DNA from: Promethearchaeota archaeon | GTDB lineage: Archaea; Asgardarchaeota; Lokiarchaeia; Sigyniarchaeales; SOKP01 | Length of the DNA: 64,000 nt | Direction: 5' to 3' | Assembly: GCA_048940925.1 (NCBI GenBank) | Contig: JBHLOC010000007.1 | Location: 1 to 64,000 of the forward strand | Shown: positions 29,708 through 40,020 of the stretch, in pieces | Layout of the letters: the number at the start of each line of letters is the position of its first letter | Numbering within the stretch: the first letter of the stretch is position 1 | The notes under the pieces: model-generated | The model's input: only the letters and a program-made list of their open reading frames with translations | Databases searched by the model: none | What the model was told of the DNA's origin: nothing | Program-made: the position numbers and the translations under genes

Positions 29708-32587
29708 ATGAGTTATTCAATAGTTGATCATAAAAAAACAGAAATGACTTATTATACTCAACCGATTGATGCTTTAATAGAATCTTTTAAAACGGATCAA
29801 GATCAAGGATTAAATTCTGATGAATTGAATGAAAGGTATCAAAAATCAGGATTTAATGAATTACCTAAAATTAAAAAATCGATTTGGAAGATATATCTTG
29901 CTCCTATTTTTAATTTTTTAATCCTAATTCTTATTATAACTGGCGTAACTGTTTCTATTTTAGGTTCTCTAGAGGAAACAGTTTTAATTTTTACCGTTAT
30001 TATAATTAATTCTGCTACTGTTATTATTCAACAATATAGAGCACAAAAAGCCTTAGAATCTTTAAGACAAATATCTGCATTAAAAGCTAAGGTAATAAGA
30101 GATGGGGAACAAAAAGAAATTCCAAACAGAGAATTGGTTCCAGGAGATATTGTCATATTAGAACAAGGTGATAAGATTCCTGCTGATGGTAGAGTCATAT
30201 ATTCTATTAATCTAACAGTAGATGAAGCACCATTAACAGGTGAAAGTGAGCCTGTAGAAAAGAATAATATGATGATAGAAAAAGATAAAGTACCTATTCA
30301 AGATCAAGCTAACATGTTATTCATGGGCACATATATTCATACTGGAAGAGCAAAGTCCTTAATTACAGGCACAGGATTAAACACTCAAATTGGTAAAATC
30401 TCTGTTACCTTAAATGAAATGGGGAGTATCGAAGATATTCCACTTACAAAGAAATTAAATCGATTAGGATATATTTTAGGAACTCTAGTAATAATAAGTC
30501 TAATTATATTAATTATTTATAAACTTAACATTTTACTTATTGAAGATAACTTTACTGAATCAACAGTTATTAATGCTCTTGTTAGGTCTATTTTGAGAGC
30601 TACAAATGTTGTACCCTTTAATTTGCCTTTATTATCAACTTTAGTATTAATAACAGGAATATTGGAAATGGCACAAAATGGTGTGATTATCAAAAATTTA
30701 TCAGCTATAGAATCTCTTGGTCGCGTATCTATCATTTGTTCTGATAAAACAGGAACTATAACAAGAAATGAGATGACTGTGGAAAAATTTTGGATAAATA
30801 ACGAAGAATATGATGTGAGTGGAACTGGATATGAACCAGACGGTGAGATTTCTAAGAATAATAAAATTTTAGATTTAAATAATAATCCAACTTTCCAAAT
30901 ATTCATCAATTCTATAGTTCTCAATAATAATGCTAAACTTATCTATGAAGATGTTAAAGTAAAGACTAGAGATAGGACAGAAATAGCTGTAAGACGCGCC
31001 TTAGGATCACCTACAGAAGCAGCCTTACTTGTATTAGCAGAAAAAGCAAGATATACTATTTATGATCTTAAAAAACAATACGATCTGATTACAGAATTTT
31101 CTTTTAATTCTGAATTAAAACGAATGAGTTCAATATATAGATTTAAAGATGAAGGCGATAATATATCTGTATATTCAAAAGGAGCTCCTGAGAGAATAAT
31201 AAATATATCCTCTCATATAGAAATAAATGGAGAAGTCAAACCATTTAATAATGAAATGAAAGAATTTATTTCTGAAAAAATCAATGCTCGTGCCATAGAG
31301 GGATATAGAACCTTAGCCCTTGCTTATAATACTTTAAATGATATTTACTCACCAAATAGAGCTGATATCGAGAATAATTTAATTTTTTTAGGATTTGTAT
31401 CAATTATGGATCCACCTCGAGTTGGAGTCGAAAAGTCTGTTGAAGAATGTGAGGATGGTAATATAAAAGTTATTATGATAACTGGAGATCATCCCGCTAC
31501 AGCTAAAACTATTGCTACTCAAATGGGAATTTATAAAGAAGGAAATATCGTAGCAGAAGGTTTTCAAATAAAAGAGCTAAAACCAATTGATTTTGAAAAG
31601 GTGTCTGTATTTGCTCGTGTAGAGCCTTCTGATAAAGAAGTTATTGTTGAAAGATATCAATCTGAGAATCATGTTGTGGCAATGACAGGAGACGGAATAA
31701 ATGATGCTCTTGCGCTAAAATTAGCTAATGCTGGTATAGCAATGGGAATAACTGGGACGGATGTAGCTAAAGAAACAGCTGATATGATAATATCAAATGA
31801 TGATTTTACCTCAATCGAAAAAGGAGTGAGAATTGGACGTGGAATTTTCTCTAAGATTCGAACTATAATTTACTTTTTTATATGTTTAAACATAATGGAA
31901 GCAATTGTATTTTTTGGTTATGAATTTTTACCTACCTTTGAGTTATTTAGTTCAGATTGGCAACATATCTATATTTTTGGCATTGTTCACTCTTTTCCTT
32001 CATTAGCATTAGTACTTGATACACATCCTAAAGATATTATGCATGAATCTCCCCGAGATGAAGAAGAACTATTAAATAAAAATATTTGGATTTTATTACT
32101 AATACAAGTATTCTTAATGGGATTAGGGCTAATATTAGCAATACAATTAACAATAGGTGGCTTTATTCCTTTAAATGAATGGAATTTAAATCCACATATT
32201 AGCTATATATCTACAGATTCAACAACTGAAGAATTATTAGCCCAAAAAGCTAGGACAATGTTTATAACAACTTTATATATAATAGAGACAAACTTTATTT
32301 GGTCTATTAGAAGACCAAATAAATCGATTGCGAAGAGCTTAAAAGAGGAATTAAGTTATACAGTTTTAATAGTGTGTCTTTTTACATTAGTATTACATAT
32401 CCTGCATATTTGTTTTTCTTTTGTAGTGAACTATTATATAAATGATATCAGTGGTTTAAATTTTCAAATAAATTTCATGTTTCTCAGTGGTACTGACTGG
32501 TTAATATGCATCCTGCTTGCTTTACCAGGTATACTAGGAATTGAATTAGTAAAATATTTTGCTAGAGTCCGAAAAATAAGATTTTAG
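29708..32587 (+). CDS. P-type ATPase, P2A/SERCA-like scaffold with atypical membrane site (PFNL)
   Basis: TGES, DKTGT, KGAPE, DPPR, TGD, GDGIND; TM4 VVPFNLP; TM6 GIVHSFP. Confidence 0.95.
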   Translation: MSYSIVDHKKTEMTYYTQPIDALIESFKTDQDQGLNSDELNERYQKSGFNELPKIKKSIWKIYLAPIFNFLILILIITGVTVSILGSLEETVLIFTVIIINSATVIIQQYRAQKALESLRQISALKAKVIRDGEQKEIPNRELVPGDIVILEQGDKIPADGRVIYSINLTVDEAPLTGESEPVEKNNMMIEKDKVPIQDQANMLFMGTYIHTGRAKSLITGTGLNTQIGKISVTLNEMGSIEDIPLTKKLNRLGYILGTLVIISLIILIIYKLNILLIEDNFTESTVINALVRSILRATNVVPFNLPLLSTLVLITGILEMAQNGVIIKNLSAIESLGRVSIICSDKTGTITRNEMTVEKFWINNEEYDVSGTGYEPDGEISKNNKILDLNNNPTFQIFINSIVLNNNAKLIYEDVKVKTRDRTEIAVRRALGSPTEAALLVLAEKARYTIYDLKKQYDLITEFSFNSELKRMSSIYRFKDEGDNISVYSKGAPERIINISSHIEINGEVKPFNNEMKEFISEKINARAIEGYRTLALAYNTLNDIYSPNRADIENNLIFLGFVSIMDPPRVGVEKSVEECEDGNIKVIMITGDHPATAKTIATQMGIYKEGNIVAEGFQIKELKPIDFEKVSVFARVEPSDKEVIVERYQSENHVVAMTGDGINDALALKLANAGIAMGITGTDVAKETADMIISNDDFTSIEKGVRIGRGIFSKIRTIIYFFICLNIMEAIVFFGYEFLPTFELFSSDWQHIYIFGIVHSFPSLALVLDTHPKDIMHESPRDEEELLNKNIWILLLIQVFLMGLGLILAIQLTIGGFIPLNEWNLNPHISYISTDSTTEELLAQKARTMFITTLYIIETNFIWSIRRPNKSIAKSLKEELSYTVLIVCLFTLVLHILHICFSFVVNYYINDISGLNFQINFMFLSGTDWLICILLALPGILGIELVKYFARVRKIRF

Positions 32588-32686
32588 CTATATTTCAATA
32601 ATTACAGAAGAAATTATATTTTTTGTGAAATTAGAAATATCATACAAAAACTTAAATTAAGTAGAAAAAAACTAAAGTGAAAAAAC

Positions 32687-33511
32687 ATGTCTAAAGATTT
32701 CAATAACAATTCGGAAGAAAATAAAGAAATCGTCATGAAATATGGAGGGATAACCGTTATAGCTTCAATTCTAGTAATTTTTATCATTTTGGCTGTTTTT
32801 AATATCAATTTTGGACAATGGCTTGCAGATTCTATTATGTGGTTTTATAGGAATTATGGAGTTATTGGAATTTATATAGGAGTTTTTCTTATTAGTATTT
32901 TTGGAAATTTCACAGTAATTTTTCCAGTTCCTTATGTAATTGCACTTATTGTAATTTCTGCTGTTTTAGGTACTGTGAATCCTATAATGCTTGGTTTATT
33001 TGGGGCACTTGGAGCGAGTATCGGAGAAGTATCAGCATGGTTGATTGGTCGAGGATCTCAAAAAATAATAGGTGATAGCGATAGAATTGAACACATGAAG
33101 AAATATATAGAATTAGGTTGGGCTCCTGTTATAATTTTTATATTTGCGGCAACTCCACTTCCTGATGACGCTTTTCTAATCGTTCTGGGAATTGCAGAGT
33201 ATAGTATCATAAAAACCCTCATATTTACATTTATCGGCAAGTTTGTTCTTTGCTTTTTATGTAGTGCCCTCCCAATATGGTTTGCAGATACCACTTTTGG
33301 CAATTTTTTATTTAATTTATTTGGAATCAATCTTGAGGCTGCGCGAACTGGAGTGATTCCCCCTAATTCTCCAATTGATATTTTAGGTAGTTCATTAGTA
33401 TGGGCAGCAACTATAATCATCATGTTTCTATTAGTTTATATCGATTGGGGAAAAATTTTTAAAAAGTTAAAGAAGAAAAAAGATTTGAACAAAAGAAATA
33501 AAGAAATTTAA
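32687..33511 (+). CDS. DedA/VTT (SNARE_assoc) family membrane protein, VMP1-like
   Basis: 'FPVPY', 'GASIGEVSAWLIGRG', 'FAATPLPDD', 'FIGK'. Confidence 0.88.
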   Translation: MSKDFNNNSEENKEIVMKYGGITVIASILVIFIILAVFNINFGQWLADSIMWFYRNYGVIGIYIGVFLISIFGNFTVIFPVPYVIALIVISAVLGTVNPIMLGLFGALGASIGEVSAWLIGRGSQKIIGDSDRIEHMKKYIELGWAPVIIFIFAATPLPDDAFLIVLGIAEYSIIKTLIFTFIGKFVLCFLCSALPIWFADTTFGNFLFNLFGINLEAARTGVIPPNSPIDILGSSLVWAATIIIMFLLVYIDWGKIFKKLKKKKDLNKRNKEI

Positions 33512-33675
33512 AATAAATAACGGATAATCAGATATTCAATTATATTTTTTCTAAAATTATCTAATGAAAAAGTAATAAGTTAAAAATTATGATTATTATA
33601 GTTAATATTATTATATTGAGACAATTTAGATTTTAAATCTCTTTAATCAATTTTAAAAATTATAGAAGACTCCTT

Positions 33676-36558
33676 ATGATAGCTCCAGAAGAGAATTTTT
33701 ATAATCTTGCTCTAGAGCAAATTTACCAAAACCTTAAAACTGATCCTAATAAAGGATTAACTGAGCAAGAAGCCAAAGAACGTTTAGAACAATACGGGTT
33801 AAATGAGGTTCCAAAAGTATCGAAAGGATTTATTAAAATATATTTAGCACCTTTATTTAATTGGTTAATTGTGATATATCTAATAGGGGCGCTAATCCTG
33901 TTTTTAGCAGCTATTTTTGGTGGAGGAGGGAATTTAATATTCATCCTATTAACTTTATTTATTGTCTTACTTAACTGTGTAGTCGCTGTCATTCAACAAT
34001 ATAGAGCAACTAAAAAATTAAAAGCATTAAGAGAATTATCAGCCCCCACTTCCATGTTAATCAGAGAAGGACAAAAAAAAGAAATTCCTACTAAAGAAAT
34101 TGTAATAGGAGATCTATTAGTCTTAAATCAAGGAGACAAAATACCTGCTGATGCGAGAATTATTGAATCTAACAACTTAGTAGTCAATGAAGCTTCATTA
34201 ACGGGAGAAAGTGAACCTGTGAGAAAAAATGAAACAGGAGAACCTTTAGATAAAAAAGATATTGCTATTGGGCAACGTAGCAATATGGTGTTCTATGGTA
34301 CTTACATAACAACAGGAAATGGAAAATCAATTATTGTAAAAACAGGAGGAGAAACTGAAATTGGAAAGATATCACATGGCTTAGAGGAAGCAGGAACTAG
34401 TGAAATTCCTATTAGAAAAAAAATGAATAATTTTGGAAAATGGTTAGGTTTAATAATTTTTGGCTTCTGGTTTCTTATATTACTAATTCTCTGGGTTGTA
34501 AGAGGAGAAGCCAATATCGTCCAAAGTTTGAATTCTGCACTCGATCTTATGCCAATCAATTTACCACTGCTCACAATTATTGTCTTGATTACGGGAGTAG
34601 TAGCTATGGCACATCATGGCGTTATAATTAGAAATTTAGCATCAGTTGATAGTTTAGGAAGAGTAAGTATAGTATGTTCAGATAAAACAGGTACTTTAAC
34701 GAAAAATCAAATGAGCATTCAACACGTTTGGACAAATGGTTCTATTTTTAGAGTTACGGGCAGTGGTTATTCTCCTGAAGGGGAAATCATTTTGATGGAT
34801 GATCTTAAAAATCCTGTCTATGTAAAGCATATTGATGATTATCCTCATCTTAAATTGTTACTCACCTCAGGATTTTTAAATAATAATTCAGCATTAGTAA
34901 AAAATGAGATTCAACTCTCTGGTAAAGCAATTCCTAAATGGGATGTTATAGGTTCACCAACAGAAGGAGCTTTAATGGTTTTATTTCAAAAAGGAATGGG
35001 AGATTATGTATTAGATGATTATAAATCTGTAAAAGAATATCCTTTTGATTCGTCAGTGAAAAGGATGACAAAAGTCTATGAAAGGGATCTCTCTTACTTT
35101 TCATTTACAAAAGGGGCAAGTGAAATTTTAATCCCTTTATGTTCAAAAATAATATATAACGATGTTGAAATTGATTTCAGCGAAGAAATTAAAGCAAAAG
35201 TTACTGAAATTGTAAATCTTTATGCTAATCAAGGATATAGAATATTGAGTTTATGTTATAAACAAATGGAATTCAAACCACCCAAAGGGGAGGAAGGAAG
35301 AGAAGTTTGTGAATCAAACTTAATTTTTATTGGTTTTGTAACAATATTAGATCCCCCAAGAGAAGGAGTTAAAGAATCGGTAGATCAATGTCACGAAGCG
35401 GGAGTAGATGTCATAATGATTACTGGTGATTCTCCTTTAACAGCTCGAGCAATCGCAAACCAGATTGGGATAGTATCAACTGAGAATGATCTAGCAATAG
35501 AAGGAAAAGATATTCAAAATTTCAAATCATTTGATGAATTTAAAAATATTAAAGTATTTGCTCGAGTTTCTCCAGAACATAAGGAAGATATAGTTGAGAA
35601 ATATCAAGAACAAAAAAAAGTAGTTGCTATGACAGGCGATGGGGTTAATGACGCTTTAGCGTTAAATATGGCAGATGCAGGGATCGCTATGGGAATCATG
35701 GGAACTGATGTAGCTAAAGAAGCCTCTGACATGGTAATCTCAGATGATTCATTTAACTCAATTGTAACCGGTATTCGTCATGGAAGGGGTATATTTGCAA
35801 GAATCCGAGCAGTGGTATTTTTTTATATTTGTATCAATGTATTTGAGGGGATAGTTCAATTTATTTTAGCAATCATTTTAGATTTACCTTATTTTTTAGA
35901 TGAGGCATTTTATTTACAATGGGTCTTCTTAGGATTAACTCTACATGTATTTCCTGGCTTAATCCTTACTTTTGATACTACACCTAGCGAAGTTATGGAG
36001 GAGAAACCTCGTGATTCAGAAGAAATCCTATCTCGAAATATTATTTATCTTCTGTTCGTATTTGGAATATTACTTGCAATAAGCATGGTGATCGTTTATT
36101 TTATAAATATGACTGGAGTATATCCTGTTTTTAATGAAAATTGGAATTTTGGTAGCTTAAATAAAGCTTATCTCTACTCATTAGAAAATGTTGACCTAAA
36201 TCCATATAATGTTGAATTAATAGAAGCAAAAGCTCTTACTATGCTAATGGTTACCATATTTTTTTGTGAATCATTTCTCGTATTTCAAATCAGGCGACCC
36301 AACAAATCTCTAATTAGAAGTTTGATAGAAGATAGCAATAAACGTATGTACTTGATAATTGGAATTCTCTTTGCAGTTTTTATAATGTTAATGTATATTC
36401 CCGGTTTTCAAGTGGGATTAGCATCTGCTGGATTAAATTTTATGTTTATGTTTCTAACAGGTTTAGATTGGTTAGTATGCTTTTTGATTTCACTAATCTG
36501 CATTGTTTCATTCGAGATTGTTAAATATATAGCACGTAGATATGGTATTACGTTTTAA
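33676..36558 (+). CDS. P-type ATPase, P2A/SERCA-like scaffold with atypical membrane site (PINL)
   Basis: TGES, DKTGT, KGASE, DPPR, TGD, GDGVND; TM4 LMPINLP; TM6 LTLHVFP. Confidence 0.95.
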   Translation: MIAPEENFYNLALEQIYQNLKTDPNKGLTEQEAKERLEQYGLNEVPKVSKGFIKIYLAPLFNWLIVIYLIGALILFLAAIFGGGGNLIFILLTLFIVLLNCVVAVIQQYRATKKLKALRELSAPTSMLIREGQKKEIPTKEIVIGDLLVLNQGDKIPADARIIESNNLVVNEASLTGESEPVRKNETGEPLDKKDIAIGQRSNMVFYGTYITTGNGKSIIVKTGGETEIGKISHGLEEAGTSEIPIRKKMNNFGKWLGLIIFGFWFLILLILWVVRGEANIVQSLNSALDLMPINLPLLTIIVLITGVVAMAHHGVIIRNLASVDSLGRVSIVCSDKTGTLTKNQMSIQHVWTNGSIFRVTGSGYSPEGEIILMDDLKNPVYVKHIDDYPHLKLLLTSGFLNNNSALVKNEIQLSGKAIPKWDVIGSPTEGALMVLFQKGMGDYVLDDYKSVKEYPFDSSVKRMTKVYERDLSYFSFTKGASEILIPLCSKIIYNDVEIDFSEEIKAKVTEIVNLYANQGYRILSLCYKQMEFKPPKGEEGREVCESNLIFIGFVTILDPPREGVKESVDQCHEAGVDVIMITGDSPLTARAIANQIGIVSTENDLAIEGKDIQNFKSFDEFKNIKVFARVSPEHKEDIVEKYQEQKKVVAMTGDGVNDALALNMADAGIAMGIMGTDVAKEASDMVISDDSFNSIVTGIRHGRGIFARIRAVVFFYICINVFEGIVQFILAIILDLPYFLDEAFYLQWVFLGLTLHVFPGLILTFDTTPSEVMEEKPRDSEEILSRNIIYLLFVFGILLAISMVIVYFINMTGVYPVFNENWNFGSLNKAYLYSLENVDLNPYNVELIEAKALTMLMVTIFFCESFLVFQIRRPNKSLIRSLIEDSNKRMYLIIGILFAVFIMLMYIPGFQVGLASAGLNFMFMFLTGLDWLVCFLISLICIVSFEIVKYIARRYGITF

Positions 36559-36635
36559 TTAAAAATTTTATCTCACTTATTTTATTAACTAATAGCTAAA
36601 TTAATTTTTTATAGAAAAACCGATTTTTTTCTTTT

Positions 36636-37169
36636 ATGTTAAAGGGAAATAAAGTAACACTTGGACCTGTTAAGAGAGAATATATTGACGATTATTTAAG
36701 ATGGATGAATAACCCGGAAGTTACTCAATATCTAAAAATTTATAGTCCACTAACAAGAGAAATGGAAGAAGATTGGTATAATAGTCTGAAAAATCGTGAT
36801 GATTTTTTTCTTTTTGCAATATTATTGGCTAACCAAGATGAACCCGAGACGCTCCTTGGCAACTGTTCTATAGGTGTGGATTGGAAAAATCGTGTTGGGA
36901 CTTGTGGGATTGTAATTGGAGAAAAGATATACCAGGGTAAGGGATATGGAACTGAAGCAATGGAATTACTTGTTAATTATGGATTTATTACTTTAAATCT
37001 CAATAGAATACAACTAGAAACTTTTAGTTTCAATAAACGTGCCTTAAAATCATATCAAAAAGTTGGATTTAAAGAGGAGGGAATTCGACAGCAAGCTATA
37101 TATGTGAACGGTAAGTATCACGATGCTATTATGATGGGAATCTTGAAAAATGAATGGCAGAAAATATAA
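36636..37169 (+). CDS. GNAT acetyltransferase, RimJ/RimL family
   Basis: 'YQGKGYGTEA', 'N.RA...YQKVGF..EG..R'. Confidence 0.92.
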   Translation: MLKGNKVTLGPVKREYIDDYLRWMNNPEVTQYLKIYSPLTREMEEDWYNSLKNRDDFFLFAILLANQDEPETLLGNCSIGVDWKNRVGTCGIVIGEKIYQGKGYGTEAMELLVNYGFITLNLNRIQLETFSFNKRALKSYQKVGFKEEGIRQQAIYVNGKYHDAIMMGILKNEWQKI

Positions 37170-37223
37170 TCTAAACTATATATATTATAATTGATAATAT
37201 CTCATTTTCTGTTTTCACATTAT

Positions 37224-38270
37224 CTACTTTTCTAATTCTATAAAGTAAGGGATTATTTTATCTTTAAAAATTTCATATACCTTATTTACATCAGGGCCTC
37301 GATTCATAAAAGAGAAATGTATTACTCCAGCACTCCTAAATTCTTCTATTTTTGCAATAACGTCTTCCGTGGTTCCAACACAATTCATATCTTCAATAAT
37401 TGACTCTGGAAGAAGATCTACACTCCCAATTAATTCTGCAGCACCTTCACTGTCCATGAGAAAATTATGTATTGTTAATTCCTCGGGCAGATTCAAATTT
37501 GGATATGCTTGGTTTGTTTTCATGGGATTAACTAAATATGATGCTCTAAAAAATTCACACCTTTTTACCGCCTTTTGAGGATCTTCATCATCTATTGCTA
37601 CAAAACAGTTTAAAACATAATCAATTTCTTTAGGATCCCTTCCAATTTTTTTAGCTCCTGCTTTAACTTCATTACAATTGTCTTTATAAGTTTTTGGTGT
37701 TTCAACAATCGGATACCATCCATCACCTAATTCTCCGGTCAAGAATCGTGTTTTGGTACTATTGGCAGCCACATATATAGGAGGTGTTTTTTGAATTGGT
37801 TTTATTTGAATATAAGCATTTTTCATTTTACCCCAAAACTCACTGTTCGCATTAACTGTTCTTTTTATCCAAAATTTCCTTAAAAGTTCTATATATTCCC
37901 GTAACTTGGTAATAGATCTTTTTCTGGTAAGACCATATATATCAACATTCATTGCTTCTCCTGCTCCAATCCCAATCATAGCTCTCCCATTAGAGATTAC
38001 ATCTAAGGATGCCACTTTATGAGCCATGAGTGCGGGGTGAAATCTATGACAATCTGATACTCCAGTACACAACTTAATTTTACTAGTTTCCATTGATAGA
38101 GCTGTTAAGAAAACAAAAGCATCGAAACACCTACCTGGACCCGGAGGCAACATTGTCGTATGGTCTGCATAAAAAACTGTATCAAATCCACATGCTTCAG
38201 ATCTTTTTACCCCCTCAATCATATACTCCAAACGGGGTGTAGGAACTGGAATTGAAAATGAAAATTTCAT
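37224..38270 (-). CDS. LLM-class (luciferase-like, probably F420-dependent) oxidoreductase
   Basis: 'GFDTVFYADH', 'SLDVISNGRAMIGIGAGE', 'PPIYVAA', 'DGW'. Confidence 0.9.
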   Translation of the reverse strand: MKFSFSIPVPTPRLEYMIEGVKRSEACGFDTVFYADHTTMLPPGPGRCFDAFVFLTALSMETSKIKLCTGVSDCHRFHPALMAHKVASLDVISNGRAMIGIGAGEAMNVDIYGLTRKRSITKLREYIELLRKFWIKRTVNANSEFWGKMKNAYIQIKPIQKTPPIYVAANSTKTRFLTGELGDGWYPIVETPKTYKDNCNEVKAGAKKIGRDPKEIDYVLNCFVAIDDEDPQKAVKRCEFFRASYLVNPMKTNQAYPNLNLPEELTIHNFLMDSEGAAELIGSVDLLPESIIEDMNCVGTTEDVIAKIEEFRSAGVIHFSFMNRGPDVNKVYEIFKDKIIPYFIELEK

Positions 38271-38373
38271 ATTATTAATTTTATTTTAAGATATTTAATT
38301 ATTGTTCACAACAAATTAATTTTTAAGATACTTTACATTAAATTCTATATAAAATACTTAATGGTGTAATTTT

Positions 38374-39705
38374 ATGAGTAAATCAAAAGTTGCTATTGTA
38401 AAGTATGAGAAACCTCTTGAATCAGTTAGGAAGTTAGTTGATTTAGTAAATTTATTCGATGATATCCCCAAAGATGCAAAAGTATTCATTAAGCCCAATA
38501 TAGTTTATTGGAATAGATTTTCCAACTTTCCAAAATGGGGAGTAATTACAACATCTCGCGTTATAGAAGATATTGTTGTTCTGCTTAAAGAACGAGGAAT
38601 AGCCAATATTTCAATTGGAGAAGGGATTGTAACGGGAGGTCCAAAGGATACAGATACCGCAGCTGATGCATTTGAGAAACTTGGATATAATCTTCTTAAA
38701 GAGCGATATGGCGTAAAACCAATTAACACATTTTCGCGTCCATTTGAGAAGATAGATTTAAATACTGGTTTTAATGTCAATTTTAGTACTGATGCGCTAG
38801 CCGCTGATGTTGTTATAAGTGTACCTGTATTAAAAACACATGCTCAAGCTGTTGTATCTTTAGGAATTAAGAATTTAAAGGGATTAATCAATATAGCTTC
38901 TCGTAAAAAATTTCATAGTGCTGATCCTGTTAAAGACTTGCACCATAACGTAGCTCAATTACCTAACAAATTAAAAAAGGTACTAACAATCATTGACGGA
39001 ATTTATACCCTCGAAAGAGGGCCTGCCATTGATGGGAAACCTCATAGGAAGAACATTTTGGTTGCATCAAAGGATATTTTTTCTGCAGATATGATTGGTA
39101 CTAAATTATTAGGCATAGAAACTACTAATGTACCTCATTTAGTTCAAGCTGCTAAAGATAGAAATAGACCTTTAGATTTATCAGACGTTGAAGTTGTAGG
39201 TGAAAATTTAGAAGATTTAGCTTCACATCATGAATGGGATTTCATTTATAATGATAGCGGGGATCTTCCACTTCCTTTAATGAGAATAGGCGTAAAAGGA
39301 TTAAAATATCATAAATATGATAGCACATTGTGTACATCTTGCTCAGGAATTAATGGAGCCTTGTTAATGATTATCAAAGGTGCCTGGCAATCGAGGAAGG
39401 GTAAACCATTTGATAATGTTGAATTTCTAAACGGCAAACTTCAGGAACCAACTCCTGGTATGAACAAAACCATTCTAATTGGTCAATGTCAATATAATAA
39501 AAATAAAGATCATCCAGATATCAAAGAAATGATTCCAATCAAAGGGTGCCCTCCTTCGATGGAAGATGTTAGACAAGCATTTAGCCAAATCGGTATTGAA
39601 CTTCCATCAGCAATGGTTCAAAATATGGACAAAGGTGTGGGATTTCTTATGGCAAAGTATAAGGGAAGACCAGAATTTGAAGAGGCTTTTTTCCAAATAA
39701 CATAA
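38374..39705 (+). CDS. DUF362 domain-containing Fe-S protein
   Basis: 'VFIKPN', 'PVLKTH', 'SLGIKNLKG', C-terminal CTSC...GQC...GCPP. Confidence 0.85.
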   Translation: MSKSKVAIVKYEKPLESVRKLVDLVNLFDDIPKDAKVFIKPNIVYWNRFSNFPKWGVITTSRVIEDIVVLLKERGIANISIGEGIVTGGPKDTDTAADAFEKLGYNLLKERYGVKPINTFSRPFEKIDLNTGFNVNFSTDALAADVVISVPVLKTHAQAVVSLGIKNLKGLINIASRKKFHSADPVKDLHHNVAQLPNKLKKVLTIIDGIYTLERGPAIDGKPHRKNILVASKDIFSADMIGTKLLGIETTNVPHLVQAAKDRNRPLDLSDVEVVGENLEDLASHHEWDFIYNDSGDLPLPLMRIGVKGLKYHKYDSTLCTSCSGINGALLMIIKGAWQSRKGKPFDNVEFLNGKLQEPTPGMNKTILIGQCQYNKNKDHPDIKEMIPIKGCPPSMEDVRQAFSQIGIELPSAMVQNMDKGVGFLMAKYKGRPEFEEAFFQIT

Positions 39706-39879
39706 ATATTTCCTTTTAAATATCTTTTTTCTTTAGTTTAAGATACAATAAAGTCAATGCGTTAAATATAGAGAAATCATTATATTGCCTAGGATATTTT
39801 ACTTTTAATTCAACTTTTTAAAGTTGATCACAATCAAAGATTATTCAGATTGGAAAATTAATTTAGATTTTGAAAATGA

Positions 39880-40020
39880 GAAATTATAGAGTGGTCAAAA
39901 GACCGCTTAGCAACCTATAAGTACCCTCATCAAGTAGAAATCATAAATATACTACTGAGCACTGCTTTGAGCAAAATTTTTAGAAGAAAACTAAGAGAAA
40001 GAGCCATAGAGAAGCAATAA
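39880..40020 (+). pseudogene. Remnant of an AMP-binding enzyme (acyl-CoA ligase) C-terminal domain
   Basis: Translates EIIEWSKDRLATYKYPHQVEIINILLSTALSKIFRRKLRERAIEKQ*, matching the 'LA.YK.P..VEF...LP.T..GKI.RR.LR' pattern; no start codon and no N-terminal domain. Confidence 0.75.

Noticed and set aside
29708-36558. Annotation as ordinary Ca2+-ATPases, or as bona fide P4-ATPases
   Set aside because: Ca2+ ligands E309/N796/D800 are absent, and so are the P4 hallmarks (DGET, TM5 Lys); neither label is supported
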